Part shown: piece after piece, positions 26,547 to 38,410 of the stretch
Position numbering within the stretch: position 1 is the stretch's first letter
Layout: each line of letters begins with the position of its first letter
NCBI GenBank assembly: GCA_030324005.1
Contig: JARDVH010000073.1
Span: forward strand, 42,822,770-42,886,732
Direction of reading: 5' to 3'
DNA: 63,963 bases
Origin: Negaprion brevirostris
Taxonomy: Eukaryota
Position numbers and translations under genes: made by a program
Notes under the pieces: model-generated
Seen by the model: only the letters and a program-made list of their open reading frames with translations
Told to the model about the DNA's origin: nothing
Database searches by the model: none

Positions 26547-27200
26547 CATAGAACCATAGAACACTACAGCACAGAAACAGGCCCTTTGGCCCTTCTTAGC
26601 TGTGCCAAACCATTTTTCTGCCTAGTCCCACTGACTTGTACCTGGACCATATCCCTCCATGCCCCTCTCATCCATGTACCTGTCCAAATTTTTCATAAAT
26701 GTTAAAAGTGAGCCCTCATTTACCACTTCATCTGGCAGCTCATTTCACACTCCCACCACCCTCTGCATGAAGAACCCCTCCTTAACATTCCCTTTAAACT
26801 TTTCCCCCTTCACTCTTAACCCATGTCCTCAAGTCTTTTTCTCGCCTAGCCTCAGTGGAAAAAACCTGCTTGCATTCATTTTATCTATACCCATCATAAT
26901 TTTATACACTTCTATCAAATCTCCCCTCATTCTTCTACGCTCCAGGGAATAAAGTCCTAACCTATTCAACCATTCTCTGTAACTCAGTTTCTCAAGTCCC
27001 AGCAACATCCTTGTTAACTTTCTCTGCACTCTTTCAATCTTATTAATATCTTTCCTGTAATTAGGTGACCAAAACTGCACACAATATTCCAAATTTGGCC
27101 TCACCAATGTCTTATACAACCTCACCATAGCATTCCAACGCTTATGCTTAATACTTTGATTTATAAAGGCCAGTGTATCAAAAGCACTCTTTACAACCTT
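26547..27200 (-). mobile_element. CR1 LINE 3' fragment (copy A) at the left edge of the insert in the Gypsy RT
   Basis: LYKTLVRPNLEYCVQFWSP...RRMRGDLIEVYK; (gaaccata)n tail. Confidence 0.9.
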
Positions 27201-27559
27201 AATACTTTCCACTTGCCTGGATGAGTGCAGCTCCAACAACACTCAAGTTCAGCACCACCCTGGACAAAGCAGCCTGTAGATTGTTACCCCTTCTACAAAC
27301 GTTCAATCCTGCTATCATTGACGTACAGTGACAGCCTTGTATACCATCTGCACTGCAGGAGCTCAGTAAGAAGTCTCATAACACATAAGAACATAAGAAA
27401 TAGGAGCAGGAGTAGGCCATGTAGCCCTTCGAACCTGCCCCGCCATTCAATAAGATCATNNNNNNNNNNNNNNNNNNNNNNNNNNNNNNNNNNNNNNNNN
27501 NNNNNNNNNNNNNNNNNNNNNNNNNNNNNNNNNNNNNNNNNNNNNNNNNNNNNNNNNNN

Positions 27560-28530
27560 TCAGTTGGCTTCTCATCCCTGTCCTGCCTCCTTAAAACATT
27601 GATAGGCAGGTAGGAATTGGGTGAGAGGTGATGGCCGGGATTTTATCATTGCGTTACACCTGTTTTCGGGTGTGATATGGTTGTAAAGCGGAGCGTAAAG
27701 CGATTAGCACGACCGGCGCCATTTTACGAGCACAGGATCTCTGGTGCAGTCAGCCTCTTGTTGGAAATGGCTGACTGGCAGGTTAATGTATAAATATTTA
27801 TTGAACATTAAACATTTAGATGTCATTAGCGAGCCCGATGTCCAATTGTCCGAGCTCGCCTGCCTTTATGACCTCACTGGGAAAAGTTCATGCTGGCAAG
27901 CAATAGATATGCTCCCCATGAATGGGGAGCAGTTGACTTGACCTTGCCAGTGGAACTGGAGGCCATTGAGGACCCCTGAGAGGCCGAGGGCAAGGTGGGG
28001 TGTGCCTTGGGCCGTGCCATCCTGGCACCTTCGCAATGCCCACTGGGCACCTGTGCAATGAGGGAGGGGCCAGTGGGGGAGGAGCCAGTAAGGGCGGGGC
28101 TAATGGAGAGAAGGGTCCCGCTGCCACTCTGCAGCGATCGGTGGGGGGAGGGCAGCGGGGCCGCAACTGGTGGGGGAGGACAACGGGTCCATGATCGGTG
28201 AGGGAGGGTGAGTTTGCAAATGGTCTGGGGCGTGGGGAGAGCTGCTTCAGGTCACCTGTACGAGCAGGGGCCTGACAGCTCTCTCTGTCTGTCAGATCCC
28301 TACTACTGCTAACGCGCATGTGCAGCACCAGAGGCATGCACATGTGCCTCCCCCTGCAGGCTTTCAGGCGTGTTAAGCCCCATCCACAGCTTCTGCAGCT
28401 CGCAACAAGCTCACTCAGAATTTTGCAGCCAGAGTGCATATGGAGGGGCCTAAAGATGGGCCAAAAAGACAGATCTGAAATTCTCCCAGTTTCAGGTCCA
28501 CCCAGTACTTAGACAAAAAATGGCAAAAAC
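27560..28530. mobile_element. GC-rich DNA-transposon-like repeat
   Basis: Colinear with 36780-37761 (gctccccatgaat, ggcacct, acagatctgaaa...ccag/attttca). Confidence 0.6.
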
Positions 28531-29305
28531 CGCACTATAAAAAGAATTATATCTCACCTGTCTTCAACTCACCCATTTTCCAGGTCAAAATTCACCCCAA
28601 CGCTGCAGTATAGTGTCCATTTAGATTAAAATAAATGAAGAGCTGAACATTCTATTCTCCATTTGCTTTATATTTTTCTGCAAATGACTTTAAATTATTT
28701 TCAAGCTACTGTCCTTATAATTAAAAGTCTTTTTTTGAACTCTGCACCAAAAGAAGCTTAATCTTAATAACCAATTGTTAGACATAGCCACCAAAGGTTC
28801 AACATTTGTTTTTTATTTGGAAAGTATATGGGTCCTAATTGTTTGTCCGTGTGGCTGAGTTTAAATGTAGTACACACTGATCTCAAATATATATTTATTT
28901 CCTCTGGGTAGATATTAATACAAATGTGTAAGTCACCATCTTTTGACAGTCAAAGAATAAAATTATTTTTGGGTATGTTAGCAAAAACGTTAGTGATGAA
29001 TTCCCCTGATTCAAAACATCATTCTCTTTTTATAGCAAATCTCTTGTTGTCTTTCCTTCAGAATTATTTCCAATGAACCATCTGCATGCTCTCCCAGTGA
29101 CTGCAAAATCTTTTGGAGAAACTTTGAAAGTAAGGAAAGACATATGGAATGTAATTTAAAGAACATTTAAAATTACTATCTTGTTATGGACAGGAAGGAA
29201 TTTAATTTAACCAGCTCTGATTTCTCCACTCAACTAATGTCTCAAACAGAAAGCAGATCGGTGTTTTGATTTCCTCCTTTATAAGGTGTGCCTCATTTTG
29301 CAACC

Positions 29306-30240
29306 CATAGAGCCATAGAAATGATACAGCATAGAAGGAGGACATTTAGCCCATCCTGTCCGTGCTGACCCAAAGACAGATAGGCATCCTTTCCTATCCC
29401 ATCTTTCTGCATATACCCATAGCCCGGCAGCTTAAAGCACCCAAGGTGCAGATTCAGATACTTTTTTAAAAGAATTTAGGGTCTCTGCCTCCACCGCCTA
29501 CTCAGGCAGCAAATTCCAGACACACATCACCCTTTGAATAAAGAAGTTTTTCCTCATGTCCCCTCTAACCCTTCTACCACTTAGCTTGAATCTATGACCC
29601 CTGGTTTTTGAACTCTCTGCCAAGGGAAACAGGTTTGTCCTCTCTACTGTCTCCCCACCCCTCACAATTTTGCATACCTTAATCATGTCATCTCTTCAGT
29701 CTTCTCTGTTCCAAGGAAAACAACCCCAACCTCTCTAACCACTCCTCATAGCTACAATTCTCCAGCCCTAGCAACATTCCAATAAATCTTCTCTGCACCC
29801 TCTCCAGAGCAATTATATCCTTCTTGTAATGTGATGACTAGAATTGCACATAATAATCTAGTTGTGGCCTCACCAGTGTCATATAAGTTTCAACATTATA
29901 TACCTACTTTTGTATTCTATAGCTCTGCCAATGAAGGAGAGTATTCCAGGTGTCTTCTTTACAACCTTATCTACCTGCACTGCTATCTTTAGGGACCCGT
30001 GCACTTGCACGCCAAGATTTCTCACTTCCACTACCCTGTTCAGTATATTTTTGTTTATTGTATATTCCCATTTACTGTTTGACCTCCCTATTACTTATCG
30101 GAGTGGAACTCCATCTGCCACTTTCCCGCCCACTCCACCAATCTTTCTATATCATTTTGGAGTTTACTGCTATTCTCTGCAATGTCCACCACACGGCCAA
30201 TTTTTCTGTCATTTGCAGATTTCCCAATCATGCCCCCCAT
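29306..30240 (-). mobile_element. CR1 LINE 3' fragment
   Basis: KTRGHRFKL...RKNFFIQRVMCVWNLLP; catagagccatag tail. Confidence 0.85.
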
Positions 30241-31392
30241 CATAGAACCATACAATATTACAACATAGAAACAGGCCTTTTGGCTCTTCTTGGCTGTGCA
30301 GGACCATTTTTCTGCCTAGTCCCACTGACCTGCACCTAGACCATATCCCTCCACACCCCTCTCATCTATGTACCTGTCCAAGATTTTCTTAAATGTTAAA
30401 AGTGAACCCGCATTTACTACTTCATCTGGCAGCTCATTCCACACTCCCACCACTCTCTGTGTGAAGAAGGCCCCTCCCAATATTCCCTTTAAACTTTTCC
30501 TGCCTCACCCTTAACAACCCCATGTTCTCTAGTTTTTTCTTTCTCCCCTAGCCTCAGTGGAAATAGCCTGCTTGCATTCATTCTATCTATACCCATCATA
30601 ATTTTATACACCTCTATCAAATCTCCCCTCATTCTTCTACGCTCCAGAGAATAAAGTCCTAACCTATTCAACCTTTCTCTGTAACTCAGTTTCTCAAGTC
30701 CTGGCAACATCCTCGTAAACATTCTCTGCACTCTTTCAACCTTATTAATATCCTTCCTGTAATTAGCTGACCAAAACTGCACACAATCCTCTAAATTTGG
30801 CCTCACCAATGTCTTATACAACCTCACCATAACATTCCAACTCCTATACTCAGTACTTTGATTCATAAAGGCCAATGTTCCAAAAGCACTCTTTCTGACC
30901 CTATCTACCTGTGACGCCACTTTTAGGGAACAGATCCCTCTGTTCTACTACACTCTTCAGCATCCTACCACTTACCATGTATGTTCTACCTTGGTTTGTC
31001 CTTCCAAAGTGCAATACCTCACACTTGTCTTCATTAAACTTTACCTACCATTTTTCAGCCCATGTTTCTAGCTGGTCCAAATCCTTCTACAAGCTTTGAA
31101 AACCTTCCTCACCGTCCACTACACCTCCAATCTTTGTTTCATCAGCAAATTTGCTGATCCATTTTACCACATTATCATCCAGATCATTGATATAGATGAC
31201 AAACAACAATGGACCCAGCATTGATCCCTGTGGCACACCACTAGTCACAGGCCTCCACTCAGAGAAGCAACCTCCACTACCACTTGCTGGCTTCTTCCAT
31301 TGAGCCAATGTCTAATCCAATTTACTACCTCTCCATGTATACCTAGCAACTGAGCCTTCCTAACTAACCTCCCATGCGGGACCTTGTCAAAG
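30241..31392 (-). mobile_element. CR1 LINE (copy B), 5'-truncated in RT
   Basis: FDKVPHGRL, VTSGVPQGSMLGPLLFVIYINDLD...KFADETK, LVRPNLE; closely similar to copy A over the 3' ~650 bp. Confidence 0.9.
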
Positions 31393-32002
31393 GAACTTGC
31401 GAAAATCTTGACATACAAAGGTCCGTTTCTGTACCAAAGCTTAACATTTGATATCACTTCAGCTGTTTCAAAGGGCAGTGGATCAGATCTTGAGTGGACT
31501 GAGTGGAGTCCAGTGTTAACTGGATGATATCCTAGTCACTGGAAGAGACAAAGGGGAACATCTTCAGAATTCAGATGACAAATTTCAGAGACTGGAAGAC
31601 TACGGATTGAGAGTCCAGGAAGACAAGTGCGAGTTTTCCCAATTCACCATTGAGTATTTGGGACATGCAATTGATGCCATAGGCTTTCACAAATCTCCTT
31701 TGAAGGCTCAGGCTAACACAGAGGTGCCAACAACTCAGGCGATTTAGCAGTTGCATTCCTTCTTAGGAATGTTAAACCATTATAGAAGATTTATTTCAAA
31801 TTTGGCAAACATTTAAAATTCATTGCATACCCTCTTGTGCTAGAACAAGAAGCAGTTAGAGCAATGTGCAAAACAAAGAAGTATTGCTCAAACCTGAAGT
31901 CCTTCATTACGCTTTCTAATCCTATCCTGCCTGTACTGTAAGCCTGTGATGCCTCTCCTCTTGGTATTAGTATCCCACATCATGCTGTCGGGTGCAGAAA
32001 GT

Positions 32003-32350
32003 ATCATAGAATCATAGAACCATAGAATCCCTACAGTGCAGAAAGAGGCCATTCGGCCCATTGAGTCTGCATCGACAACAATCCCACCCAGGCCCTACCC
32101 CAGTATAAACCCATGTGTTTACCCTGCTAATCCTCCTGAGACTAAGGGACAATTTAGCATGGCCAGTCAACCTAACCCCCACATTTCTGGAGTGTGGGAG
32201 GAATGATGTGGAGGAAAGCAGAACATCCAGAGGAAACCCACACAGACATGGGGAGAATGTGCAAACTTCACACAGTCAGACAGCCAAGGCTGGAATTGAA
32301 CACAGATCTCTGACGCTGTGAGGCAGCAATGCTAACTACCGAGCCACCCA
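32003..32350 (-). mobile_element. HE1-like SINE (tail A) nested in the Gypsy RNase H
   Basis: (catagaat)n tail plus reverse head; Gypsy sequence resumes at cccattgcttttgc. Confidence 0.85.
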
Positions 32351-33606
32351 ATGCTTTTGACCCATTGCTTTTGCTTTTTGAACATTGAGCAAGGCTGAAA
32401 CTAACTGCACATAAATTGTAAAGGAAGCCTGAGGGATTACCTTTGGAGTAAAGAATTCTATCAATTTCTGCATGGACCATTGTACATTAACAACAATTTT
32501 TGGACCACACAGAGGAATTCTGTCACTGGCATTAAACAGAATGCTAACACGGGCATTGCTTCTGTCTGCACACACTTATATCATCAACCATCAATAACCA
32601 AGTCTTGGTTTCAATGTAGATAGACTCTCACGATTACCATTACCAAGTAGTTCGTCAAACCACTGGAGCAGAAACACCATCTACTTTGAACAGGTAGATC
32701 GTAAACCTGTCACTTCAGGACAAGTGAAGTAGTGCACTCAGAGCGATCTGATACTTTCCAAAGTAATGGGTATGTTACTGCAAAGCAAGACTTCAGAACT
32801 AAAATTTGACTTGAAATCATACTCCACTAGAAGACAGTACAGTCAAAATGTCTTCTTTGGGATCATTCCACCATCATTGTGAAGATGAAAATTAAACAAA
32901 TTACACAAGGGCCATTGTGGAATTGTGTGAATGAAAGAAATAACGAGGAGTTATTTCTGGTGGCCTGGACTGGATGCAGGGGTTGAAGAGAAAGCTGAAA
33001 TATGTTCTACATGTGCAAAGACACAAAACCTGCCATGTTAGCACCAGTGTGTCTTTGGGAAGGACCAGAATAAGCATGGAAGCAGGTGCACATCGACTTT
33101 GCATGACCTTTTAAAGAACACATGTTCTTAGTAATGTTCAATGCTCAGTCAAAATGGCCAGAAGTTGCCATAATGAAGTCAACTTCATCAGAAAAGACAA
33201 TTGAGAGGATAGGAGAAGCCATTAGTAGGTTGGATTCCCTGAGCAATTGGTAATTGACAATGGACCTCAATTTGTCTCCCAAGAATCTGAAAGTTTCTTG
33301 AAGTAGAGTAATATTCAACATATTAGGGCTGCACCGCACCATCCTGCTACGAACGAACTAGCAGAACGTATTATTCAAATCATGGAATGTACACTGAGAG
33401 CAACCAGGGAACAAGGTTTGCTGATCAAATGCCTTAACCAATTCCTACTAATGTATAGGAACACTGCTCATTCAACAACTAAAACCTCTCCTGCTTTATT
33501 AATGATGAAGAGAAAACTATGTTCACCATTCAACTTGTTGAAACCTCTGAAAATCAAACAATAGCAAGGACAGATGGAAGAGTAGAAAAGTACAGCAAAA
33601 CATCTT

Positions 33607-33733
33607 GGGCAGAATTCTCTGGCCATGCTGGTCTAAAAGCTGGAAATTCCTGCCTGAGCGTCAATGGGATTTCACGTTGTCCGCAACCCGCCCACTAAAA
33701 TTCCACTGGCAGGCAGGGTGGGAGAATTCCAGC
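33607..33733. mobile_element. Short MITE (Harbinger-like)
   Basis: Termini gggcagaattctc / gagaattccagc, apparent 3-bp flank duplication (ctt), inside the Gypsy. Confidence 0.6.
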
Positions 33734-34388
33734 CTTTGTTTTCCAAAGATAAGGAGTGTTGCTAGGAACTACTCCTCAGGAGAGAAACAGGTTCCTGCCA
33801 CAATCCTTGCACAGATTGGATCTGTCTTGTATACCATCCAAACCAGAAATAATGTCATCTGGAGGAGGCACACGGACCAGATGCTGGTGGGAGAACTGAT
33901 CCACCGGAAATGGAACAGCTGAAAATCCGGATTCAACTGTACAAAGTCTTGACTGGAACCATCCTGAAACCCTGACGCTGACAGACACTGTTGAGGAAGA
34001 CAACACATCGCCTTCAGGCCAAGCACAGAGTCAACCTCTAATTATAATGTCAACACCAGCCAAAACAGCCACTGATGGCATTCATTCAAATATGAAAACA
34101 CCAGAGATTACAACTGGTGCAAAGAGGAAGATGCCAGAGGTTTGCTGTCAGCCGTTCCGAGAGCAATGAGGCCCAAACCATTTGACTTACGATGATTGTT
34201 ATTTGATTATTGTCCATGCTGCACTGTTTGAAATTGTTAGGGACATTCAATTTTAAGGTGGAGGAAATGTCATGTNNNNNNNNNNNNNNNNNNNNNNNNN
34301 NNNNNNNNNNNNNNNNNNNNNNNNNNNNNNNNNNNNNNNNNNNNNNNNNNNNNNNNNNNNNNNNNNNNNNNNNNNAAGGTGGAGGAAA

Positions 34389-34579
34389 TGTCATGTATTT
34401 GTATTGATACCTGGTAGCTGCACTAATCTGCATTGTGTATTAATATATGCATGTGTTCACTGGAATGAGGTCGCTCGCATGGAAATCTGCCCAAGTGAAG
34501 AAGCAGCCTGTACTGAAGACACTTTGTAAATAAAGCCCCACGTTTTTAACTCTCCACGCTTCCAAGCTTCAATACCACA
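34389..34579 (+). repeat. Gypsy 3' LTR
   Basis: Preceded by the purine tract aaggtggaggaaa; starts TGTC, ends ACCACA; AATAAA at 34529. The first bases are duplicated at 34268, before the gap. Confidence 0.7.
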
Positions 34580-34584
34580 ATCCA

Positions 34585-34830
34585 CAGCACTGCCTACGCT
34601 GCAGGTGAAACCAGTGGAGTGAGAAGTTGCAGTATATGCTACTCGCTGTTTTCTCTGCTCCTCCATCTCAGCCAGCTGAGCTTTTTGTTCCTCCTCACCT
34701 CTTCCAATGCCCTTCTGTGCAGTCAGTTTCCAGAGGTTACAGCTGGCTGTCTGCCAGCTGCCTGTGTCAATTCTCTCTTGTGGTGGCAGTATGGACCCGA
34801 GCAGGTCATGTCGCAAAGGTCAGTTCACCG
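34585..34830 (-). mobile_element. RTE-like LINE C-terminal remnant
   Basis: IDTGSWQTASCNLWKLTAQKGIGRGEE...RKQR resembles the RTE ORF end (ID..SWE.LA.DR..WR..V.KG). Confidence 0.5.
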
Positions 34831-35994
34831 TACAGAATGTTTCTGAGTATGTGGTCATCAACTCTCTGATGAATGTGGCCGAGAGAGTGCAGACTTCTGG
34901 AATGATTAGCCCTCTTATAAATTATTCCAATGAAAGTCAAATCTCAGCAGTCTCAAAAAAAGGCAAGAGAAAGTCAAGCTGATCAGATATCATGTCAGTG
35001 AGAGGATCCTCTTGATTCAGGCCAATAGCCTTTGGGGACGTCTGTGAGGAATGCACAAAACTGAAGCAAACTAAATGTCCAAGAATGTAACCAAGCTGAT
35101 AAGTGATGGTATTGCACCATTGTGTGTTATCTGCCATAAGCAAGAAGGAAGAAATGTCAGAGTTTCTAAAATCGACTAACAAAATGTGAATTTGATAAAT
35201 ATCTTGTGTACGCTGTTAAGTAAAGTTACATTCATTTGGAATTTTAAGTGGTGTTTAAGGACCTCTATAGGTGATAGTAGTGCATAATCTTTTGAATGAG
35301 ATTCTTTTTCCTAAAAACAATTTTCATTTAAGATCTTTTTTCTTCACCTTAACTCTTGTTTCTCTGAGGCTTATCTTAGAGAGCAGTGAAACACAGTCCA
35401 GGGCTCAAATATTTAAGGGGTGCCTGGAGTTAATGTTCAAAGTGGGACTCACAGGTACAGAATGAGCCTTTTCCCCACAAAAAGTAGAACGTTGTTAATT
35501 ACCATTCCAGCAAGTGCTGAGGACCGAAGAGGTGCAAAGCTTCACTTCGAAGAAACACTTTGCAAAGACTTTGGCTGAAGGCTGATGTGTTGAGCTCTCC
35601 TGATGTACCTGCTTGGTGCACTGGCCAAAGAAATGATGCCACACAATTGTTTTGCAAGATGTTTATATCTGAAAGGGAGAGCAAGTATTTCTTGGAGTTC
35701 ATCTGTATTTTCCCAGATTTCCCCTCCCCATTGCCAGTGAAAGACGTCTCCAGCAAGAATGATCAGAGCCATGAGTATATCTCACATATTTCTCAGTTCG
35801 ATTGTTTAGTATGGGAAATTCAATGAGAGGAAGAGTGAATGTATTTCACCAGAATCAGAGTGAACTCTAAGTGTTATAAGGAAAAATAGCAAGTTGCTTA
35901 GAAGTGGCTCTAAGTAGCAGAGAAACAAGGACAAATGGTGATTACACAATGGGTTAGAATCTCGGATGCATTATCTGAAAGGGTGGAGAAAGAA

Positions 35995-36220
35995 ACGGAA
36001 ACAGAAAATACTGGACAACCTCAGCATGTCTGACAGCATCTGTGGAGAGAGAAGAGAACTAATGTTTCAAGTCTAGATGACCCTTGGACAAAGGGTCATC
36101 CAGACTCGAAATGTCGGCTCAATTCTCTCTCAACAGATGCTGCCAGTCCTGCTGAGATCTTCCAGGATTTTCTGTTTTTGTTTCTGATTCCAACACCTAC
36201 AGTATTTTGCTTTTATCTTA
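35995..36220. mobile_element. Fold-back Penelope-like terminal element (family A)
   Basis: About 90-bp inverted arms centred on gatgacccttggacaaagggtcatc; the + arm keeps gggtc-atcca-gactc-GAAA-tgtc. Confidence 0.7.
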
Positions 36221-36779
36221 TGAGGAAGGAAATAGGTTGACTAATAACTCTCAAAAAAGAATTGGATGAATCCTTGAAAAGGAGAAATGTACAGTTATTT
36301 GGGGAAAGAATAGGTGAGCTAATTGGACAGCTCTTCCAACGAACCTTGTAGGCTTCAGTAGTGTTAACCTAACAATCATGTGGTGAAATCTGTTTTTAGG
36401 GACTACACCCTTATTACTCCTGGACCCGGCAGAGCCATCAGAATCATTAGTCATCAGTCTTAGAACCAGTCTCGAAAACTGACTGCAAGTTATCCAGCAA
36501 CCAAAGTACTTAACCTCTTACAGTTTCAATGTTCACTTCGGAACCAACATCCTAGCTATTTAACTACAAGAAACCTCACAACCTGCTGTGAACCCTTATT
36601 TTTATAAAGAGCCCCACTTCATTTTAAAATCATTATATCCATTCAAAAAACCACATGGGAGACCAGATCATGAAGCAGAAATTGAATTAACCGTAATCTG
36701 TAAAATGGATTGTCTTTATCTGTGTGCAAACTTTATGTGCGTTTTTATGTGCATGTATATGCTTGAGACCAACACTACG

Positions 36780-37761
36780 GGTGGGGTGAGCCAGTAAGAT
36801 CATGTGAGATCCGAGAAATCAGGATCACGCCCAATTTTCCGGCCCTCATGATCCTACCGGCACCGGATTTCTGATGCAATCAGCCTCTCACCCATTTTCA
36901 GCAAGAGGGTAAATATGTTATACAAATTTATTTTATGCATCATTAATACCTGTTCAGTGAGTTTGATGCTCAATTGTCCAAGTTCACTTGTCTTTATGGA
37001 AAAGGCCTGCTCCCCATGAATGGAGAACAGTCATGTTGGCCTCACTAATAGAATCGAAGGTCACTGAGGATTTCAGGGAGATCGAGGGTAAGCGGGGGTG
37101 CACCTTGGAAGTGCCAGCCTGGCGCCTTGGCCCTGCCCACTGGGCACCTTGGCACTGCCTGTTGGGCAGTGCCGGGGTGGGGACCTGAAGGGGTTGGGGC
37201 CTATGGAGGACAGGGCCTGAAGAGTGGGGCCTATGGGTGCGGGGCCAGGCTGGGCTGGCCCGATCAGGGAGGAAGGGGGGCCTACTGCATGTTCTATATA
37301 TGATTGGTAGGGGAGGTAGGGCACCCGCTGCCACTCTGCATGCAATCTATGGAGGGAGGGGTCAATCAGTCTGGGTGGTCAGGGGGCAGTAGGAGCAATA
37401 TTTCTGGGTAGTGTGGGGTTCTCAGTCATCTGCGGGCCACTGAGGGAGGGTTTGTTGAGGCCATCTGCAGCAGCAGAGGTCTGACAGATCTCTCTCTCTC
37501 TCTGTCAGGACTCTGCTGTTGCAATTTGCGTATATGCAGCCACAGAGACCTGCACATGTATAATAGCTCCTTCCGCTGCTAGAGCAAGCTGGCTGGCAAA
37601 TTAAAGCCCACCCACTGCTCCTTGTGGCTGGAAATAATCTAGCCCATTTTTTCATGCACTAAATTCATAAAATTGGGCTTAAAGACTTGTCCAAAAAACA
37701 GATCTGAAACGTTCCCATTTTCATGCTATCTGGACACATTTTTCTTGTAAATTTTTGCCCC
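36780..37761. mobile_element. GC-rich Harbinger-like non-autonomous element
   Basis: Homologous to 27560-28530; ends aaatttttgccc. Confidence 0.6.
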
Positions 37762-38291
37762 AAGTGTGTGATGTCACGTTAATTCGGGTAAGTGTGAGAG
37801 AATAAATAGCCTTCTTTACTTTAAACTCTCAAAAGCTTGCTGCTGTATGATATAATTGAAATATACACACAAAGGGTAAGAATAGACATACTTATTTCCA
37901 TACAAAACATACCAATTATGGGCAGTAAGAGAGCAGATGTATCCTGGCCGTGACACTTGTCTACAGAGAGACTTGCTTGCTGGGTTCTGTAATTGCTCAA
38001 TCAGCCTCTCATGTCTTGTCAGACAGGCAAACAAATTATATTCCAGTTTCCCTCAAGGAAATGCATTGTTGTTTTATCACTTACAAAAGAAAGCTGCCTT
38101 GAAGAGACAAATTATCCCTCAAACAAATTAGGAGTTTATCCTTCCTTAACACAGTGATTACAGTGGAAGACACTTGTCAGGACTTGGCAATGTGGTGGGT
38201 TAGAAAATCATCCTTCCTGCAGCCTGGGTTCATTAAACAATTTTAATCCTATCCATCCAGCTGAAACCAGACAGGTATATAGTTAAAATTC

Positions 38292-38410
38292 ACAGAATCA
38301 TAGGATCCCCACACTACCGAAGGAGACCATTTGGCCCATCAAATCTGCACCAATCACAATCCCACCCAGGCCCTTTTCCCTTAACCCCACATATTTGCGC
38401 TGCTATTCCA
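38292..38410 (-). mobile_element. SINE 3' fragment (tail A)
   Basis: cacagaatcataggatccc...ccatttggcccatc...acaatcccacccaggccc. Confidence 0.7.

Larger units (their letters stand above)
25430..34579 (+). mobile_element. Decayed Gypsy/Ty3 LTR retrotransposon (gag end, PR, RT, RNase H, IN, PPT, 3' LTR); 5' part not seen
   Basis: Zinc-knuckle remnant CGKIDHIERVC (~25577); protease MEVDTRAAVSLV (~25831); RT [24 protein letters not shown]...YPLP (26320-26440) resuming TYKG...DDILVTG (31410-31545); RNase H ACDASP (~31941); integrase WWPGLD, HIDFA, DNGPQF, APHHPATNELAER (32957-33370); purine tract then TG...CA LTR. Many stops and frameshifts. PR-RT-RH-IN order indicates Gypsy. Confidence 0.9.

Noticed and set aside
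25430-34579. Possible domesticated or active Gypsy gene
   Set aside because: Numerous stops, frameshifts and nested insertions; no intact domain and no 5' LTR seen.
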